Assembly: GCA_963727445.1 (NCBI GenBank)
Contig: CAVSGI010000009.1
Coordinates: 1-64,000, forward strand
Length of the DNA stretch: 64,000 nucleotides
Direction: 5' to 3'
Source: an uncultured delta proteobacterium
GTDB lineage: Bacteria; Myxococcota_A; Polyangia; Polyangiales; B10-G4
Shown one piece after another: positions 1 through 10,190 of this stretch (its first letter is position 1; each line of letters opens with the position of its first letter). The notes beneath the pieces are model-generated. The model did no database searches. It was not told the origin of the DNA and saw nothing but the letters and a program-made list of their open reading frames with translations. A program made the translations under genes and the position numbers.

Positions 1-136
1 CGCCCGGGAGCTGGCTTGACGTTTGGATGTGCCGCCTTTGCACTCCTCTCCCCCGGGATGTAGCTATCAACTACGATCCTCCCAGGCTTCCGCTGCGCGT
101 CTGATTTGAATGAAAAGTATCGACCAAGGCTCGTAG

Positions 137-985
137 ATGTTTGCAGTGCTCCTTGCCCTAACGGGGCTGACGGCATGCGGTGGGCGGCCGAGCTCCGAAC
201 CGGCGAAGCCGGCGACCGTCCGCGAGACGCCCCCGCGCTCGGGTGACAGGTCCGGCTTGGATGCATATCTAGCTGCGCCACGCTGGACAGAGCTTCACCT
301 AGCGGATGGCTCCAATCTCTACGGTATCAGCGGGTCTTCGTGGCAAGACGTTGTCGTCGTGGGGGACCGAGGAACCATCATCGAATTCGACGGGGACGTG
401 TGGCACGAGGTCAGGAATGTCAGTTCGGCCCGGTTTCTCGCAGTGGACGTGGCTCAGAACGGCGTCGCGTGGGCGGTGGGGAGCAGCGGAGCCGCTGTTC
501 GACGGAGGGACGGCCAGTGGGTCGACATGCCATCGCAGACTGAAGAAACGCTTCACATGGTTCGCTCACTGAGTACGGGAGATGCCGTCGTTGCTGGGTC
601 CAACGGCACGGTTGGCCTCTATCGCGGCGGTGCCTGGACCGTCGAGCGCTGTTTGGACCTGGATTGGTATGGCCTGCGGCTCGAGCCGGACGGCCGGGCC
701 GTCACGTTCACCACTTTTTCCAATGGGTTGGTTTGCCGCCACGATGACGACCGCGGATGGGAAGTGGTCCGGCTCGCGCAGCGGCATACCCCGGTTGGCG
801 TGATGTCCGCCGAGTGGGTCGGGCCGGACGGACGTGAGTGCTACGTCAACCCAGATGGTCTGTTCTGTGGCGGTACACTTGTGTTTTCTCCCGACACCAC
901 TCTGTTGGCCGTGTGGGGGATCGACAGTGACCACATGATTGCCGCGGGGGAAGGCGGCACACTATTTACCTTCGCCGGCCAGTGA
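137..985 (+). CDS. Lipoprotein with beta-propeller-like repeats
   Basis: Lipobox LTAC; repeated VG..G.I..FDG..W motifs. Confidence 0.6.
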   Translation: MFAVLLALTGLTACGGRPSSEPAKPATVRETPPRSGDRSGLDAYLAAPRWTELHLADGSNLYGISGSSWQDVVVVGDRGTIIEFDGDVWHEVRNVSSARFLAVDVAQNGVAWAVGSSGAAVRRRDGQWVDMPSQTEETLHMVRSLSTGDAVVAGSNGTVGLYRGGAWTVERCLDLDWYGLRLEPDGRAVTFTTFSNGLVCRHDDDRGWEVVRLAQRHTPVGVMSAEWVGPDGRECYVNPDGLFCGGTLVFSPDTTLLAVWGIDSDHMIAAGEGGTLFTFAGQ

Positions 986-1101
986 GGCCGCTGAGAGCAG
1001 TGAGTCGTCAAGGGTGGTGCAAGAGGCCGGCCGCGTCATGGTCGGCTAAGCGGTCATCGACAGCGTCGCGTCCGCTGACCTGCTCCTGGAATTTCGGACG
1101 A

Positions 1102-1198
1102 TGTCACAGACCGGGCTAAGTGATCCGTCCCGGTTCGGCAGAAGTGATCCCTCTCAGTTCGGCAAAAGTGATCCCGTCCAGTTCGGCAGAAGTGATCC
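1102..1198 (+). repeat. TGT-initiated stretch with ~3.4 tandem 24-bp repeats; probable orphan IS21-like end
   Basis: AAGTGATCC-N6-GTTCGGCAR units start at 1118, 1142, 1166 and (partial) 1190, preceded by TGTCACAGACC at 1102. Confidence 0.6.
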
Positions 1199-2128
1199 TC
1201 GGGACCGGCCGCTGAGCTGAAGGGGGGAACCGCCCGTCGTGCACGAAAGTCCGCCCACCCCCGTCCCGAGTCTCGGTGGCGGCCGCCGGCGGACCGCCGG
1301 CGGCCGCGCCATTTGCGCCTCCAAATGCCGAGTGACTTCGTGACCACGCGTTCGGCACGGGCCGTGAAGAGCCCCATCCCCCGTGTCCCCACCGCGCATC
1401 GTCGTTGCCGGCGCCACGACGGCCATCGTGCGGCGCACCACGCTGCGCAAGGGTTTCCTCGCGCCCTGGGACCCGATGGTCGAGCAGATGTGGCTCTACT
1501 CGCTGGCCGATGCCCAGCGGCACACGGACGTCGACGTGCACTTCTCGGGCTTGTTCGTCACCCACCACCACACCAGCGTGACGCCGCGTGATCAAGCGCT
1601 GCCCGAATTCACCTGGCGCTTTCACCGCGACTTGAGCTGCGGACTTCACACGCTGCTCTGCGAGCGCAAGTACGACGCCCCCCACGAGCTCTTCGACGAC
1701 CGCCAGACCCACTGGACCCGCCTCATGGACGCCCAGGCCCAGGCGAGCCGCCTCGTCTACGACGCCGTCAACGGCGTCGCCGCCGGGCTCGTCGCCCGCC
1801 CCCAGGACATGCCGATGCGCTTCCTCGACTTCGGCCTGTGGAAGACTGGCTTCATCGAGGTCGAGCGGCCGCCGTTGTACTTCGACACCCGTCGACGCCG
1901 CCCGCGCGGCCTTCGACGACGAAGCCGCCCACATCGCCGCCGATGCCGAGCTCGACATCGTCGCCCGCGTCCCGGTGGTGTTGCCGCGCACGCTATCCGA
2001 GGGATTTCCACGCAGGCTGCGTGATGCCCGTCGCCCGCGTGACGAGCACCTGACGCACGCGATGGTCCTCGCGTCCGGCGATGCGCTGCCGAGACGCGAT
2101 GACCATCGCGGTGCATGGCGCGGCGCTG

Positions 2129-2944
2129 TCAGTCGTCGATGTCGTCGCCCTTGAAGACGAGCTCGACGATCTGGTGGTCGACCTTGCGGGCCTTGCGGCG
2201 GGCGGCGCGCTTGAGGGCGTCGGTCGCAAGGCGGTCGATGTCGCGCAGGCGCCCGGCGCAGACCTCGTGGAGCAGCGCGACGGCGTCGGTGGTGAAGACG
2301 TCGCGAGAGCAGCCGGCGAGCTTCATGCGGTGGCCGACGTACTCGGCGGTGTCGTCGGGGAGTGCTTCGCCGAGGTGGAGGCGCGTGTGGACGCGGCTCT
2401 GCAGCGAGCGATTCTTGCGCAGGGCGAGGCGGTCGTCGAGGTCCGGCAGGCCCACGAGGACGAGGGAGAGGAGCGCGGCGGAGTCCCACTCGTAGTTGGT
2501 GAGGATGTGGAGATGATCGAGGACGTCCTGGTGAAGCAGGTGCGCCTCGTCGAGGAGGAAGACGGGGTGGATGCGCTCGGTGCCGAGCTCGGTGACGTGC
2601 GAGTTGATGGCGTAGAAGACGGCGGCCGCCGTGGCACTCGGGCTCAGGCCGAGCGCGAGGCAGAGCTGGCGGTAGAAATCGCGGCGCCCGAGGGTCGCGT
2701 TGTGACAGTAGGTGAGGCGAAAGCCGTCGCCGGGGAGGCGGCGGCGCACGGCGCGAAGGACGCAGGTCTTCCCGACGCCGGGCTCGCCGGTGAGCAGGAC
2801 GTGTCCGCGCTCGTGGCACGCCTCGACGACGCGGTCGACGAGGCGCTTGCGCGAGGCGGGGACCCAGAGCTCGGCGTCGCCGAGCTCCTTGCTGAAGGGC
2901 GCGCGCGAAAGACCGAAGGCGGTCAGCCATCGCGGGGCGCTCAT
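2129..2944 (-). CDS. ExeA-like AAA ATPase (transposition helper)
   Basis: Walker A GEPGVGKT, Walker B LLDEAH; start overlaps transposase stop. Confidence 0.9.
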   Translation of the reverse strand: MSAPRWLTAFGLSRAPFSKELGDAELWVPASRKRLVDRVVEACHERGHVLLTGEPGVGKTCVLRAVRRRLPGDGFRLTYCHNATLGRRDFYRQLCLALGLSPSATAAAVFYAINSHVTELGTERIHPVFLLDEAHLLHQDVLDHLHILTNYEWDSAALLSLVLVGLPDLDDRLALRKNRSLQSRVHTRLHLGEALPDDTAEYVGHRMKLAGCSRDVFTTDAVALLHEVCAGRLRDIDRLATDALKRAARRKARKVDHQIVELVFKGDDIDD

Positions 2945-4269
2945 GAGCGGCCGCCCTTCTTGGTCAGCTCGGCGAGGAGCGCGCCGGGCGGATCGAAGTC
3001 GACGGCGTCGAGACCGCGGCGGCGTCGCTCGACCGTCCGTCGACGCCGGGCGTTGTTCGTGGGGTCGACGGGACTGAGCACGAGGCGCTGCTCCTCGTGC
3101 TCGACCCACGGCGACTCGGTCGGGTCGAGCAGGCACCGGCCGATCGTGACGAGGCGTCCGGCGAGGTAGCCCTGGGCGACCTCGAAGTCGCGGCCGGCGA
3201 CGGACACGGTGCAGTCGCGACGGACGCGGCGCCGCCCGCGGACGATGAGCGCCTCGCGAAGCATCGCCTCGGTCACGTGCTCGGGGTCGTAGGCCTCGTA
3301 GACCTCGGCGGGCGTCTTGCCCATCAGCGCGCCGTGCGGGGTGATGAGGTAGTGCTTGTCGCGCCAGGCGAGCAGGCGCAGCTGCACGTCGTGCAGCGAC
3401 GCCGGCGCGTGCAGGTGCGACAGGCACTGCTCGCGAAGCGTCCGCCACAGGCGCTCCATCTTGCCCCGCGCCTGCGGGTCGCGCGGACGCGCGTGGACGA
3501 GCGCGACCCCGAGGCGGAAGCATGCCGTCTTGAGCGTGTCGCCGACGTACGTCGCGCCGTTGTCGAGGTAGAGCACGTCGGGCGCTCCATGAAGCCGCAT
3601 CGCCTTGACGATCAGCCGCAGCATCTCGCTCTCGCGCTCCGTTGCGCACGCCTCGATCGCCACGACGTAGCGGCTGTGGTCGTCGAGGATGCCGTGGATG
3701 CGCAGCGGCACGCTCTTGCCCGCGATGCGCAGCGCGGGGCCGTGCACGACATCGGCGTGCCAGACCGCGTTCGGCCGGGGCGACTGCCAGCGGCGCCGCG
3801 GCCCGTGCTCCGACAGCTTCAGCGTCTGCCGGTCGAGGCCGCGCTCGGCGTAGAAGCGCCGGAGCGTCGACTCGGTGAGCGCGCCCGCCTCGAGACGTCC
3901 GTCCGAGACGAGCGTCCTCAAGATCAGCGCGGCGCTCACGCGCGGGTGCGCGCGGCGGATGGCGACGAGAAGCTCCTTCTGCGCATCGTCGAGCGCCTGC
4001 GCGTGACCGCGATCGCTGCGGCGCTGAGGGACGAGCGCACCGAGACCGCCTTTTCGGTAGCGGTAGAGCCAGCGCTCGAGCGTCGAGATGGCGTACGTGC
4101 GGCTCACGTCGGCGCCGGGCGGACGGAAGGGCTGCGCGCTGAGCTCGCGCAGCGCCTCGGCGAGCTCGCCGTGCGTCAGGTCGTCGCGGCACACGAGCGG
4201 CCCGATCACCTGTGCGCGGAAGAGCGCGACGGCCTCGGCGTGGTCTTTGGGACTGAGCTTGTCAGTCAT
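2941..4269 (-). CDS. DDE (rve) transposase with Mu-like C-terminal domain
   Basis: WHAD, ILDDHSRY, YLDNG, GKMERLWRT motifs; N-terminal HTH-like segment. Confidence 0.92.
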   Translation of the reverse strand: MTDKLSPKDHAEAVALFRAQVIGPLVCRDDLTHGELAEALRELSAQPFRPPGADVSRTYAISTLERWLYRYRKGGLGALVPQRRSDRGHAQALDDAQKELLVAIRRAHPRVSAALILRTLVSDGRLEAGALTESTLRRFYAERGLDRQTLKLSEHGPRRRWQSPRPNAVWHADVVHGPALRIAGKSVPLRIHGILDDHSRYVVAIEACATERESEMLRLIVKAMRLHGAPDVLYLDNGATYVGDTLKTACFRLGVALVHARPRDPQARGKMERLWRTLREQCLSHLHAPASLHDVQLRLLAWRDKHYLITPHGALMGKTPAEVYEAYDPEHVTEAMLREALIVRGRRRVRRDCTVSVAGRDFEVAQGYLAGRLVTIGRCLLDPTESPWVEHEEQRLVLSPVDPTNNARRRRTVERRRRGLDAVDFDPPGALLAELTKKGGRS

Positions 4270-4377
4270 CGATGTCTCCTTTCGGTCGAGCGCCGAGGAG
4301 GCACCGGCCGCCGTCGCGACTGCGACGACCCCATGTGGTGGGCCCTGCATCCGTGCGAGAATCACACCCGATGTCCC

Positions 4378-4920
4378 TCAGCATCGGAGCGCTCCGGCGC
4401 ACGCGTCGCGGACGAGCGCGCCGGTCGTCAGCGGCGCGAGCGCGGCGAGCTGGCGGACGACGTCGGCCGCGAGCGGTCGCGGCGAGGCGTGGGGTGCGGG
4501 ACGGATCGGCGGCCAGAGGCGACGAGCTGCGCGTGCCCATCGGCGAAGCGAGCGCCAGCCGCGCACGGCGTCGTCGCCGACGAAGGCGAAGGGGCTGACG
4601 AGGACGCGGACCGCTGCGGCGGGCGTCCCGCCCGCCCACGTCGCGAGCGCGAGGGCGACCGCCACGGCCGTGTAGCGAAGCCGCGGCAGCACGCCGCGCG
4701 GCAAGCTCACGACGATCGCCCGGCACCGCCGGCAGCGGTAGCGGCGCGCCTCGAGCGCCGCGACCTCGGCACGGTCATCGGGGGTCGCTGGACCGAGGAG
4801 CATTCGGCTCCTCAGGCCGTGCCCGATCAGGACTTTGTCCCGCCCGGCAGCGGAGCCAGGCGCTCCGCAGCCAGGACATCGCGCTGGCCGGACCGCCGAC
4901 ACCGACGGCGGCGCGCTCAC
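4378..4920 (-). CDS. Element accessory protein with Cys motifs (DUF6431-like); true start may be further upstream
   Basis: CPGC and RYRCRRC motifs; lies inside the IRs upstream of the transposase. Confidence 0.7.
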   Translation of the reverse strand: MSAPPSVSAVRPARCPGCGAPGSAAGRDKVLIGHGLRSRMLLGPATPDDRAEVAALEARRYRCRRCRAIVVSLPRGVLPRLRYTAVAVALALATWAGGTPAAAVRVLVSPFAFVGDDAVRGWRSLRRWARAARRLWPPIRPAPHASPRPLAADVVRQLAALAPLTTGALVRDACAGALRC

Positions 4921-5635
4921 CCAAGACTTGACGTCGACGTCGAAGTAGACGACTCGTGTAGTGCTCCGCTTCCTTCTCAGTGGGCTCGGAGCACGACGGG
5001 GGACTGGCCGCGAAACCGACCCCCGTCATCTATTTAAGGCGACCGGCTCCACACCGATGCTCCGCCTCCGGCGCGCATCAGAGCCCGGACCTCCCCTCCG
5101 ACCGAAGAAATCGGCGATGACCATCGGCCCCTCGCCGAACACGTCGCCCTCACGCTTCGTGCGCGAGATCGAGGGCTGCAACCTCAGATACGTCGCTCGT
5201 TAACAGGTGGCGCGGGCAGCGGGCCATGACGGGGTGGACGAAGACGAGCGGCCGCCGGCCGTCGTCCGCCACCGCTTCGAGCGACGCCGTCGCGACGCCG
5301 CCCGACGCATCATCACGCTGCGCGACCGCCGACGCGGACGGCCCCCGGGCTCAGACCCACCTGCCGACTGAAAGCGCGCCGCGCGAGGGCGCTCGTCGTT
5401 CGGAAAACACGCCGGGCGGCGCATTCGTGCGTTCGGGGGCGGAGACCGACGCGAAATTCGGGGTTCGGGAGCCGCGGAGCGCGCCGTGAGACGTGCCGCA
5501 CGGCACTGCAGCGGCGTGCGGAGCGCCGAGACGGGTCGGTCTCCGTGGATCGGCCGGCTTCATTCGCGGCGTACATCGGCCGGTTCCCCCTTCCCACGCC
5601 GCCCTGCGGAGGCTATCCCGACAGGGTAGACATCC

Positions 5636-6829
5636 GTGGCGAGTATCCCATTGTTGAAGGACAATCAGTCTCTCGCATCAGGTGCAACGTGTGTCTCCGC
5701 TTCGTACCGTTCCCTGAGATTCCCTTTCCCACGCAACGGCCTCCGCTCCCCGTTTCGTGATCCGATATTGCTGCTAGCTGTGTCGCTGGCGGCTTGTTCG
5801 TCGCGGAGCCATGTCACCAGACCCACCGAGGTAGCGGTGCCGGCGATGGAGCAGGAGGGTCAGAACCAACACCCTCCGCAGGAAACGGCTGCATTGCCGC
5901 CGGACGCGTTCCTCGAAGCGTTCCACGAGCGCGCATGCGCGCGTGCAGTGCACTGCGAGGATGCTTCGTCGGAGCGGTTACAGGCTGGTTTCTGTCACCC
6001 ATCGGAATCACGACGACGTGCAGAAGAACTCACCAACTATGACGAAGCGGCATTCGTTGCTGGCAGGATCTTCTATCACGAGAACCGCGCCACGATATGT
6101 CTCGCGGCGCTGGCATCCTGTATGACGCGGCTTCCCTGTCACGCGGTGTTCGAGGGGTCTCGGCTTCCCGGTGAAACCTGTGTGGACGAAGGATGCTCCT
6201 ACTCTTCACTGTGCATGCCCCCCGAAACGGGAGGCGCGCCAGTGTGTAGGCGGCGGCTCGGTCGCGAGGGTGACGCCTGCCGATCCGGCACGTGTGAGGT
6301 TGGATTGGCATGTGTCGATGGGCTCTGCCGCACACGGCCTCGGTTGGGTGAGCACTGTACGGGTGAGTGCGCCGAACCATACATGTGCTGGGAACGGCGA
6401 TGCGTCGCGGCAGCACGGTCCGGTGGCCAGCCATGTCCAGCGCCATTTCGGTGCGAGGCGCCGCTCATCTGCGATCGCAGTACCTCGAGACACGGTGTCT
6501 GCGCAGAGGGGCGTGGCCCGGGAGAGGGCTGCAACGAGTCATCTCCATGTGCTCTGGGTGTCAGGTGTGTCGAAGGGGAGTGTCGCGAGGTGTCGCTTCC
6601 CGCAGAACCATGCGGAGAACGGGTGTGTCCGCATGGGTTTCGCTGTGACCGCGGATCGTGCACTCCACTCCCCGTACTTGGAGACGCATGCTCGGAGACC
6701 TTTGGCTGCGCACGAGGGGCCTGCGTCGAAGGATCCTGCACCGCCCTTCCAACGGGCGCGCCCTGTGGACCAGATGAGCCTCCCCTCGGGTCCTGCGCGG
6801 GAAGCTGCATCGCGGGTGTCTGCAGCTGA
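5636..6829 (+). CDS. Cys-rich repeat lipoprotein (start uncertain)
   Basis: LAAC lipobox; repeated G..C....C..G..C..G.C units. Confidence 0.7.
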   Translation: MASIPLLKDNQSLASGATCVSASYRSLRFPFPRNGLRSPFRDPILLLAVSLAACSSRSHVTRPTEVAVPAMEQEGQNQHPPQETAALPPDAFLEAFHERACARAVHCEDASSERLQAGFCHPSESRRRAEELTNYDEAAFVAGRIFYHENRATICLAALASCMTRLPCHAVFEGSRLPGETCVDEGCSYSSLCMPPETGGAPVCRRRLGREGDACRSGTCEVGLACVDGLCRTRPRLGEHCTGECAEPYMCWERRCVAAARSGGQPCPAPFRCEAPLICDRSTSRHGVCAEGRGPGEGCNESSPCALGVRCVEGECREVSLPAEPCGERVCPHGFRCDRGSCTPLPVLGDACSETFGCARGACVEGSCTALPTGAPCGPDEPPLGSCAGSCIAGVCS

Positions 6830-6850
6830 CGCGTGAGGAACCCCTCGGGG

Positions 6851-7660
6851 CTAGAACTCGCCGAGCAGCTGCAAACCACCGCCGGCCTGGTTCCCCCAGG
6901 GGGCGACGGCGATGCTGCGGCCGTTGCCGAGGTCGGCGCGGACCTGGACTTCGCGCTTCATGGTGATGCCGAGGATGGCGAGGACGAGGCCGCCGGTCTG
7001 CACGAGGCTCCACAGCGTCAGGCCGAGGTAGGCGAGGGCCGAGTCGCCCGGGCCGAGCTCGCCCATCAGGATCAGGGGACCCGCGAAGGGGATCGCGAGC
7101 CAGCCGTACTCGGCGTCCACCGCAGCAGCAGCGGCGACCGCGTAGCTGACGCCGAACATGATGAAGCCGGTGATCATCAAGCCCGTGCGCATGCGGGTCA
7201 CGGTGCGCATCTGCGGCTGCTGCGCGGGCATGACCTGGTAGCCGTAGCCCGGCTGCTGCTGGCCGTAACCCTGCTGCACGGGCTGCTGGCCGTAGCCGGC
7301 GGGTGCCTGCGGCACCGCGTTCTGATCCGTCTGCTGAATCTGCCCCGTGCCCTGCGCCTGTCCCTGGGTCGTCACCTGTCCTTGAACCTGCACGTTGCTC
7401 GCGCCCGGCGCGGCGCCCACACCGGCTTGGAGCACGCAGTCGTCACCCTGCGCGACGCGGCCCGCGGGGCAGGTCGGCGCGCCGGTGCAGAGCGCGGTCT
7501 CCGGGCTCCACGACTGGCCCGGCCAGCAGCAGCGGCCCTGCGTCTGGTCGTTGGCGACGCGCCCTTCGGCGCACTGCGCGCTGGCGACAGCCGACGCCGA
7601 GAGCGCGATCAAGAAGATCGAAAGCGGAACGATCCGAAGCCCCAAGACGGTTCTTTCCAT
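6851..7660 (-). CDS. Secreted/membrane hypothetical protein with Gln-rich linker
   Basis: Signal peptide, Cys-rich N-domain, Q-rich stretch, C-terminal hydrophobic helices. Confidence 0.7.
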   Translation of the reverse strand: MERTVLGLRIVPLSIFLIALSASAVASAQCAEGRVANDQTQGRCCWPGQSWSPETALCTGAPTCPAGRVAQGDDCVLQAGVGAAPGASNVQVQGQVTTQGQAQGTGQIQQTDQNAVPQAPAGYGQQPVQQGYGQQQPGYGYQVMPAQQPQMRTVTRMRTGLMITGFIMFGVSYAVAAAAAVDAEYGWLAIPFAGPLILMGELGPGDSALAYLGLTLWSLVQTGGLVLAILGITMKREVQVRADLGNGRSIAVAPWGNQAGGGLQLLGEF

Positions 7661-7680
7661 GACGGAAACGCTACCACGGT

Positions 7681-8502
7681 TCAGATCAGACCGCTCTCCC
7701 TGGCGATCTCCCGGGCGACCGGCAGGACCGCGTCCCAGGCGGCCGCGTTGCACGCGAGGATCCCGCGGAGGTTCTTCATCTCGGCCCCGACGTAGCGGAA
7801 CGGATCGCCCGCGAGGTCCCCGAAGCGCCCGCCCGCGGCGCGAAGGACCGCCTCCGGCCCGCAGGCGTCCCACTTGGACGACTTGGAGGCGATGATCACG
7901 TAGAGGTCGGCCACCTGCTCGGCGAGCATGCCGATCTTGAGGCCGACCGAGCCGTGCTGCACCTCGTTCGTGATGCCCAGCCGCTCCACCAGCTGGTTGG
8001 TGGAGTCGGCGCGATGCGAGCGCGAGACCACCAGCTTGAGCGCCTTGGGATCGGCCACCTCGCTCACCGCCAGCGCGCGCCGCTCGTCACCCTCGAGGAC
8101 GTACGCCCCCTCGCCGACGATCCCGGCCCAGACCTTGTTCTTCACCGGCTGATGGACGACGCCCATCTTCGCTTCGCCGTCGACACTCAGGCCGATCATG
8201 ACCGCGAACTCCCCGTTCTTCGCGATGAACTCCTTGGTGCCGTCGAGGGGGTCGACGTACCAGACCCGTCCACGGGAGAGCGCGTCGCTCTGGTCCGCGC
8301 TCTCCTCGGCGACGATGCCGTCGTTCGGGAACGTCTCGCGGAGGCGCTTCACGATCAGCTCGTTCGCGCGCTGATCCGCGTCGGTGACCGGGTCGTTCTT
8401 GCCTTTGTAAGCGACCTCGAAGTCGGTCGCGTACACCTTCATGATCTCCTCGCCCGCGGCACGGGCGATGGAGACGATCTCGTCGAGCTCCTGCTGGTTC
8501 AT
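7681..8502 (-). CDS. cysQ: 3'(2'),5'-bisphosphate nucleotidase CysQ
   Basis: PVTDAD, DPLDGTKEF, SRSH, WD motifs. Confidence 0.88.
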   Translation of the reverse strand: MNQQELDEIVSIARAAGEEIMKVYATDFEVAYKGKNDPVTDADQRANELIVKRLRETFPNDGIVAEESADQSDALSRGRVWYVDPLDGTKEFIAKNGEFAVMIGLSVDGEAKMGVVHQPVKNKVWAGIVGEGAYVLEGDERRALAVSEVADPKALKLVVSRSHRADSTNQLVERLGITNEVQHGSVGLKIGMLAEQVADLYVIIASKSSKWDACGPEAVLRAAGGRFGDLAGDPFRYVGAEMKNLRGILACNAAAWDAVLPVAREIARESGLI

Positions 8503-8682
8503 GCGGGGCGCAAGGTAGCGCAAGCAGCGCCCGCGGCGAGGACGGAGGGTTCTCACAGGCTAGTTGAAGCGCCACCGGCGCATTTGGAGCGGTCGTCGGC
8601 GGCATCCACGCTTTACTCGCGTTTCATCAATGATCTCGAAACGCGGCCTCTTGGCCCGGCGTGTGCTCAGGCCCCGATCGCC

Positions 8683-9585
8683 ATGACGAGAAACCTTTCG
8701 ATCCTCATCCCGCTTCTCCTGGGCCTCGCCGGATGCGCCACCCGCGTGGAGAGCCGTGACCTCGAAGCCACCCTCGGCAGCTGGGGCGAAGCACCGGAGC
8801 AGACGGCCCTCGAGCCTGGTGGCGCGGTCGCCGATCCCCAGACCTCTGCCTCGTCCCTCTTCAGCCTCTCCCTGGTCTTCGTTCCGGGCGAGCAGGAGAC
8901 GCTGCCGGTTCGTGAGGACCCCTCGATCGACGCCGAGGTGATCAGCGAGCTGGATCGCCACACCCTCGACGTTCCCAGCACGGGCCGCCGCGAGCAGGTT
9001 CACGGCATCACCTGGATCGAGGTCGTCACGCCGGCTGGCGCCGGATGGATCGACGCGGACTACACGACCCAGTTCGTGCCGAGCGAGGACTTCTGCGCTG
9101 CGCCGGAGATCGCGGACTACGGGCTCCGCGAGCTCACCGAGGCCTTCTACTACGGCGACCCCGATCGCTTCGCGGTGCTGCTGAGCTCCACCCACGGTCT
9201 GCGCATCCGCTATTTCCGCGGAGGCGAGGCGCAGCGCTTCAGCCCCGAGGCTGCGGCGGCTGCGATGGCGGGCGAGCAGTCGGTCGACTGGGGCGTCGAC
9301 CCCCAGACGGGCGAGATGCTCCGCGGCACCTTCGACGAGCGCGTCGGCGAGGAGCTCCTGCGGGTCCTCGACGCCGGCGACCTGAGCTGCAATCAACTCG
9401 CTCTCGGCGGGGCGAGCTACTCGAGCGACGTCCCGGACGCGGCCGCGAACCTGAACTTCGTGTCGGTGCACCTGCCCGCGACCGAAGAGGGCGGGATGGA
9501 CTGGGTCACCTGGACCATCGGCTTCGCCTTCGAGGAGGGTCGCCCGTCGATCGCGACCCTCGACCGCTACGTCTGGGAAGGCTGA
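8683..9585 (+). CDS. Lipoprotein with SH3-like domain
   Basis: LAGC lipobox; L.VR..PS...W..V....GWI pattern. Confidence 0.65.
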   Translation: MTRNLSILIPLLLGLAGCATRVESRDLEATLGSWGEAPEQTALEPGGAVADPQTSASSLFSLSLVFVPGEQETLPVREDPSIDAEVISELDRHTLDVPSTGRREQVHGITWIEVVTPAGAGWIDADYTTQFVPSEDFCAAPEIADYGLRELTEAFYYGDPDRFAVLLSSTHGLRIRYFRGGEAQRFSPEAAAAAMAGEQSVDWGVDPQTGEMLRGTFDERVGEELLRVLDAGDLSCNQLALGGASYSSDVPDAAANLNFVSVHLPATEEGGMDWVTWTIGFAFEEGRPSIATLDRYVWEG

Positions 9586-10190
9586 GCGGCGACCGCCCTC
9601 GGCTCTCGCACCAGCGACCAGACCTTCGGGCCGTTCGGCAGCGTCACGTCCCGCGCGACCTCGAAGCCGCGGCCCCGATAGAAGTCGACGTTGGCCTCGA
9701 CGCTGGTGTCCAGCACCGCCAAACGGCGCTCGTGGTCGCAGCGGCGGAGCCCGGGCCTCAGGACCTCCGAAGCCAGCCCGCGGCCCCGCGCTTCGGGCAA
9801 GGTGCCGAGAAGCACCAGGAGCAGATAGGGGTCGCGCGGGCGGCCGCGCTCCACGTCTTCGACCCCGACGCTGATCTCCTGCATGCGTCCGAGGCCCACC
9901 ACCCGCGCCACCCGCGGCAACATCAGGAGCTGGCCGAAGGGCGAGAGCTGCCACTTCTCGGAGGGAGCCCAAAGCGCGACCGAGGCGCCGTCGTCGGTCA
10001 TCCACACGGTGTCGTGGGGGAGCGTGAGCTTCTCGAGGGCGAGCTGGAAGTAGCGCCGCCGCGCCGCGACGCCGCGGTCTCCCACCACCCACGCCACGAA
10101 GGGATCCGTCTCGAACGCGGCGACGAGCGTCTCCACGATGCGCGCCCTGTCGCCGGGGCGCGCCTTCCTGACGAAGGTCGCGCCGCTCAC
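9567..10190 (-). CDS. GNAT family acetyltransferase
   Basis: RGRGLA acetyl-CoA motif; NVDFYRGRGF. Confidence 0.85.
   Translation of the reverse strand: MSGATFVRKARPGDRARIVETLVAAFETDPFVAWVVGDRGVAARRRYFQLALEKLTLPHDTVWMTDDGASVALWAPSEKWQLSPFGQLLMLPRVARVVGLGRMQEISVGVEDVERGRPRDPYLLLVLLGTLPEARGRGLASEVLRPGLRRCDHERRLAVLDTSVEANVDFYRGRGFEVARDVTLPNGPKVWSLVREPRAVAAQPSQT

Larger units (their letters stand above)
1979..5205 (-). mobile_element. Three-gene Mu-like DDE transposable element (3227 bp)
   Basis: Imperfect 24-bp terminal IRs TGTTGCCGCGCACGCTATCCGAGG / TGTTAACGAGCGACGTATCTGAGG; 5-bp direct repeat GGTGG at 1974-1978 and 5206-5210. Confidence 0.9.
1383..5371 (+). pseudogene. HUH/Y1 (RAYT-like) transposase, frameshifted and interrupted by an insertion element
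   Basis: HUH-like VTHHHTSV and catalytic-Tyr-like LVYDAVNGVAAGLV; frame change near 1890; removing 1979-5210 restores a frame ending at TGA 5369-5371. Confidence 0.7.

Noticed and set aside
1118..1198. 24-bp repeats as a CRISPR array
   Set aside because: Variable part is only ~6 nt, there are no spacers, and no cas genes are present
5439..5546. Inverted GGAGACCGAC/GTCGGTCTCC pair as REP elements
   Set aside because: Single short pair; cannot be separated from chance without genome-wide counts
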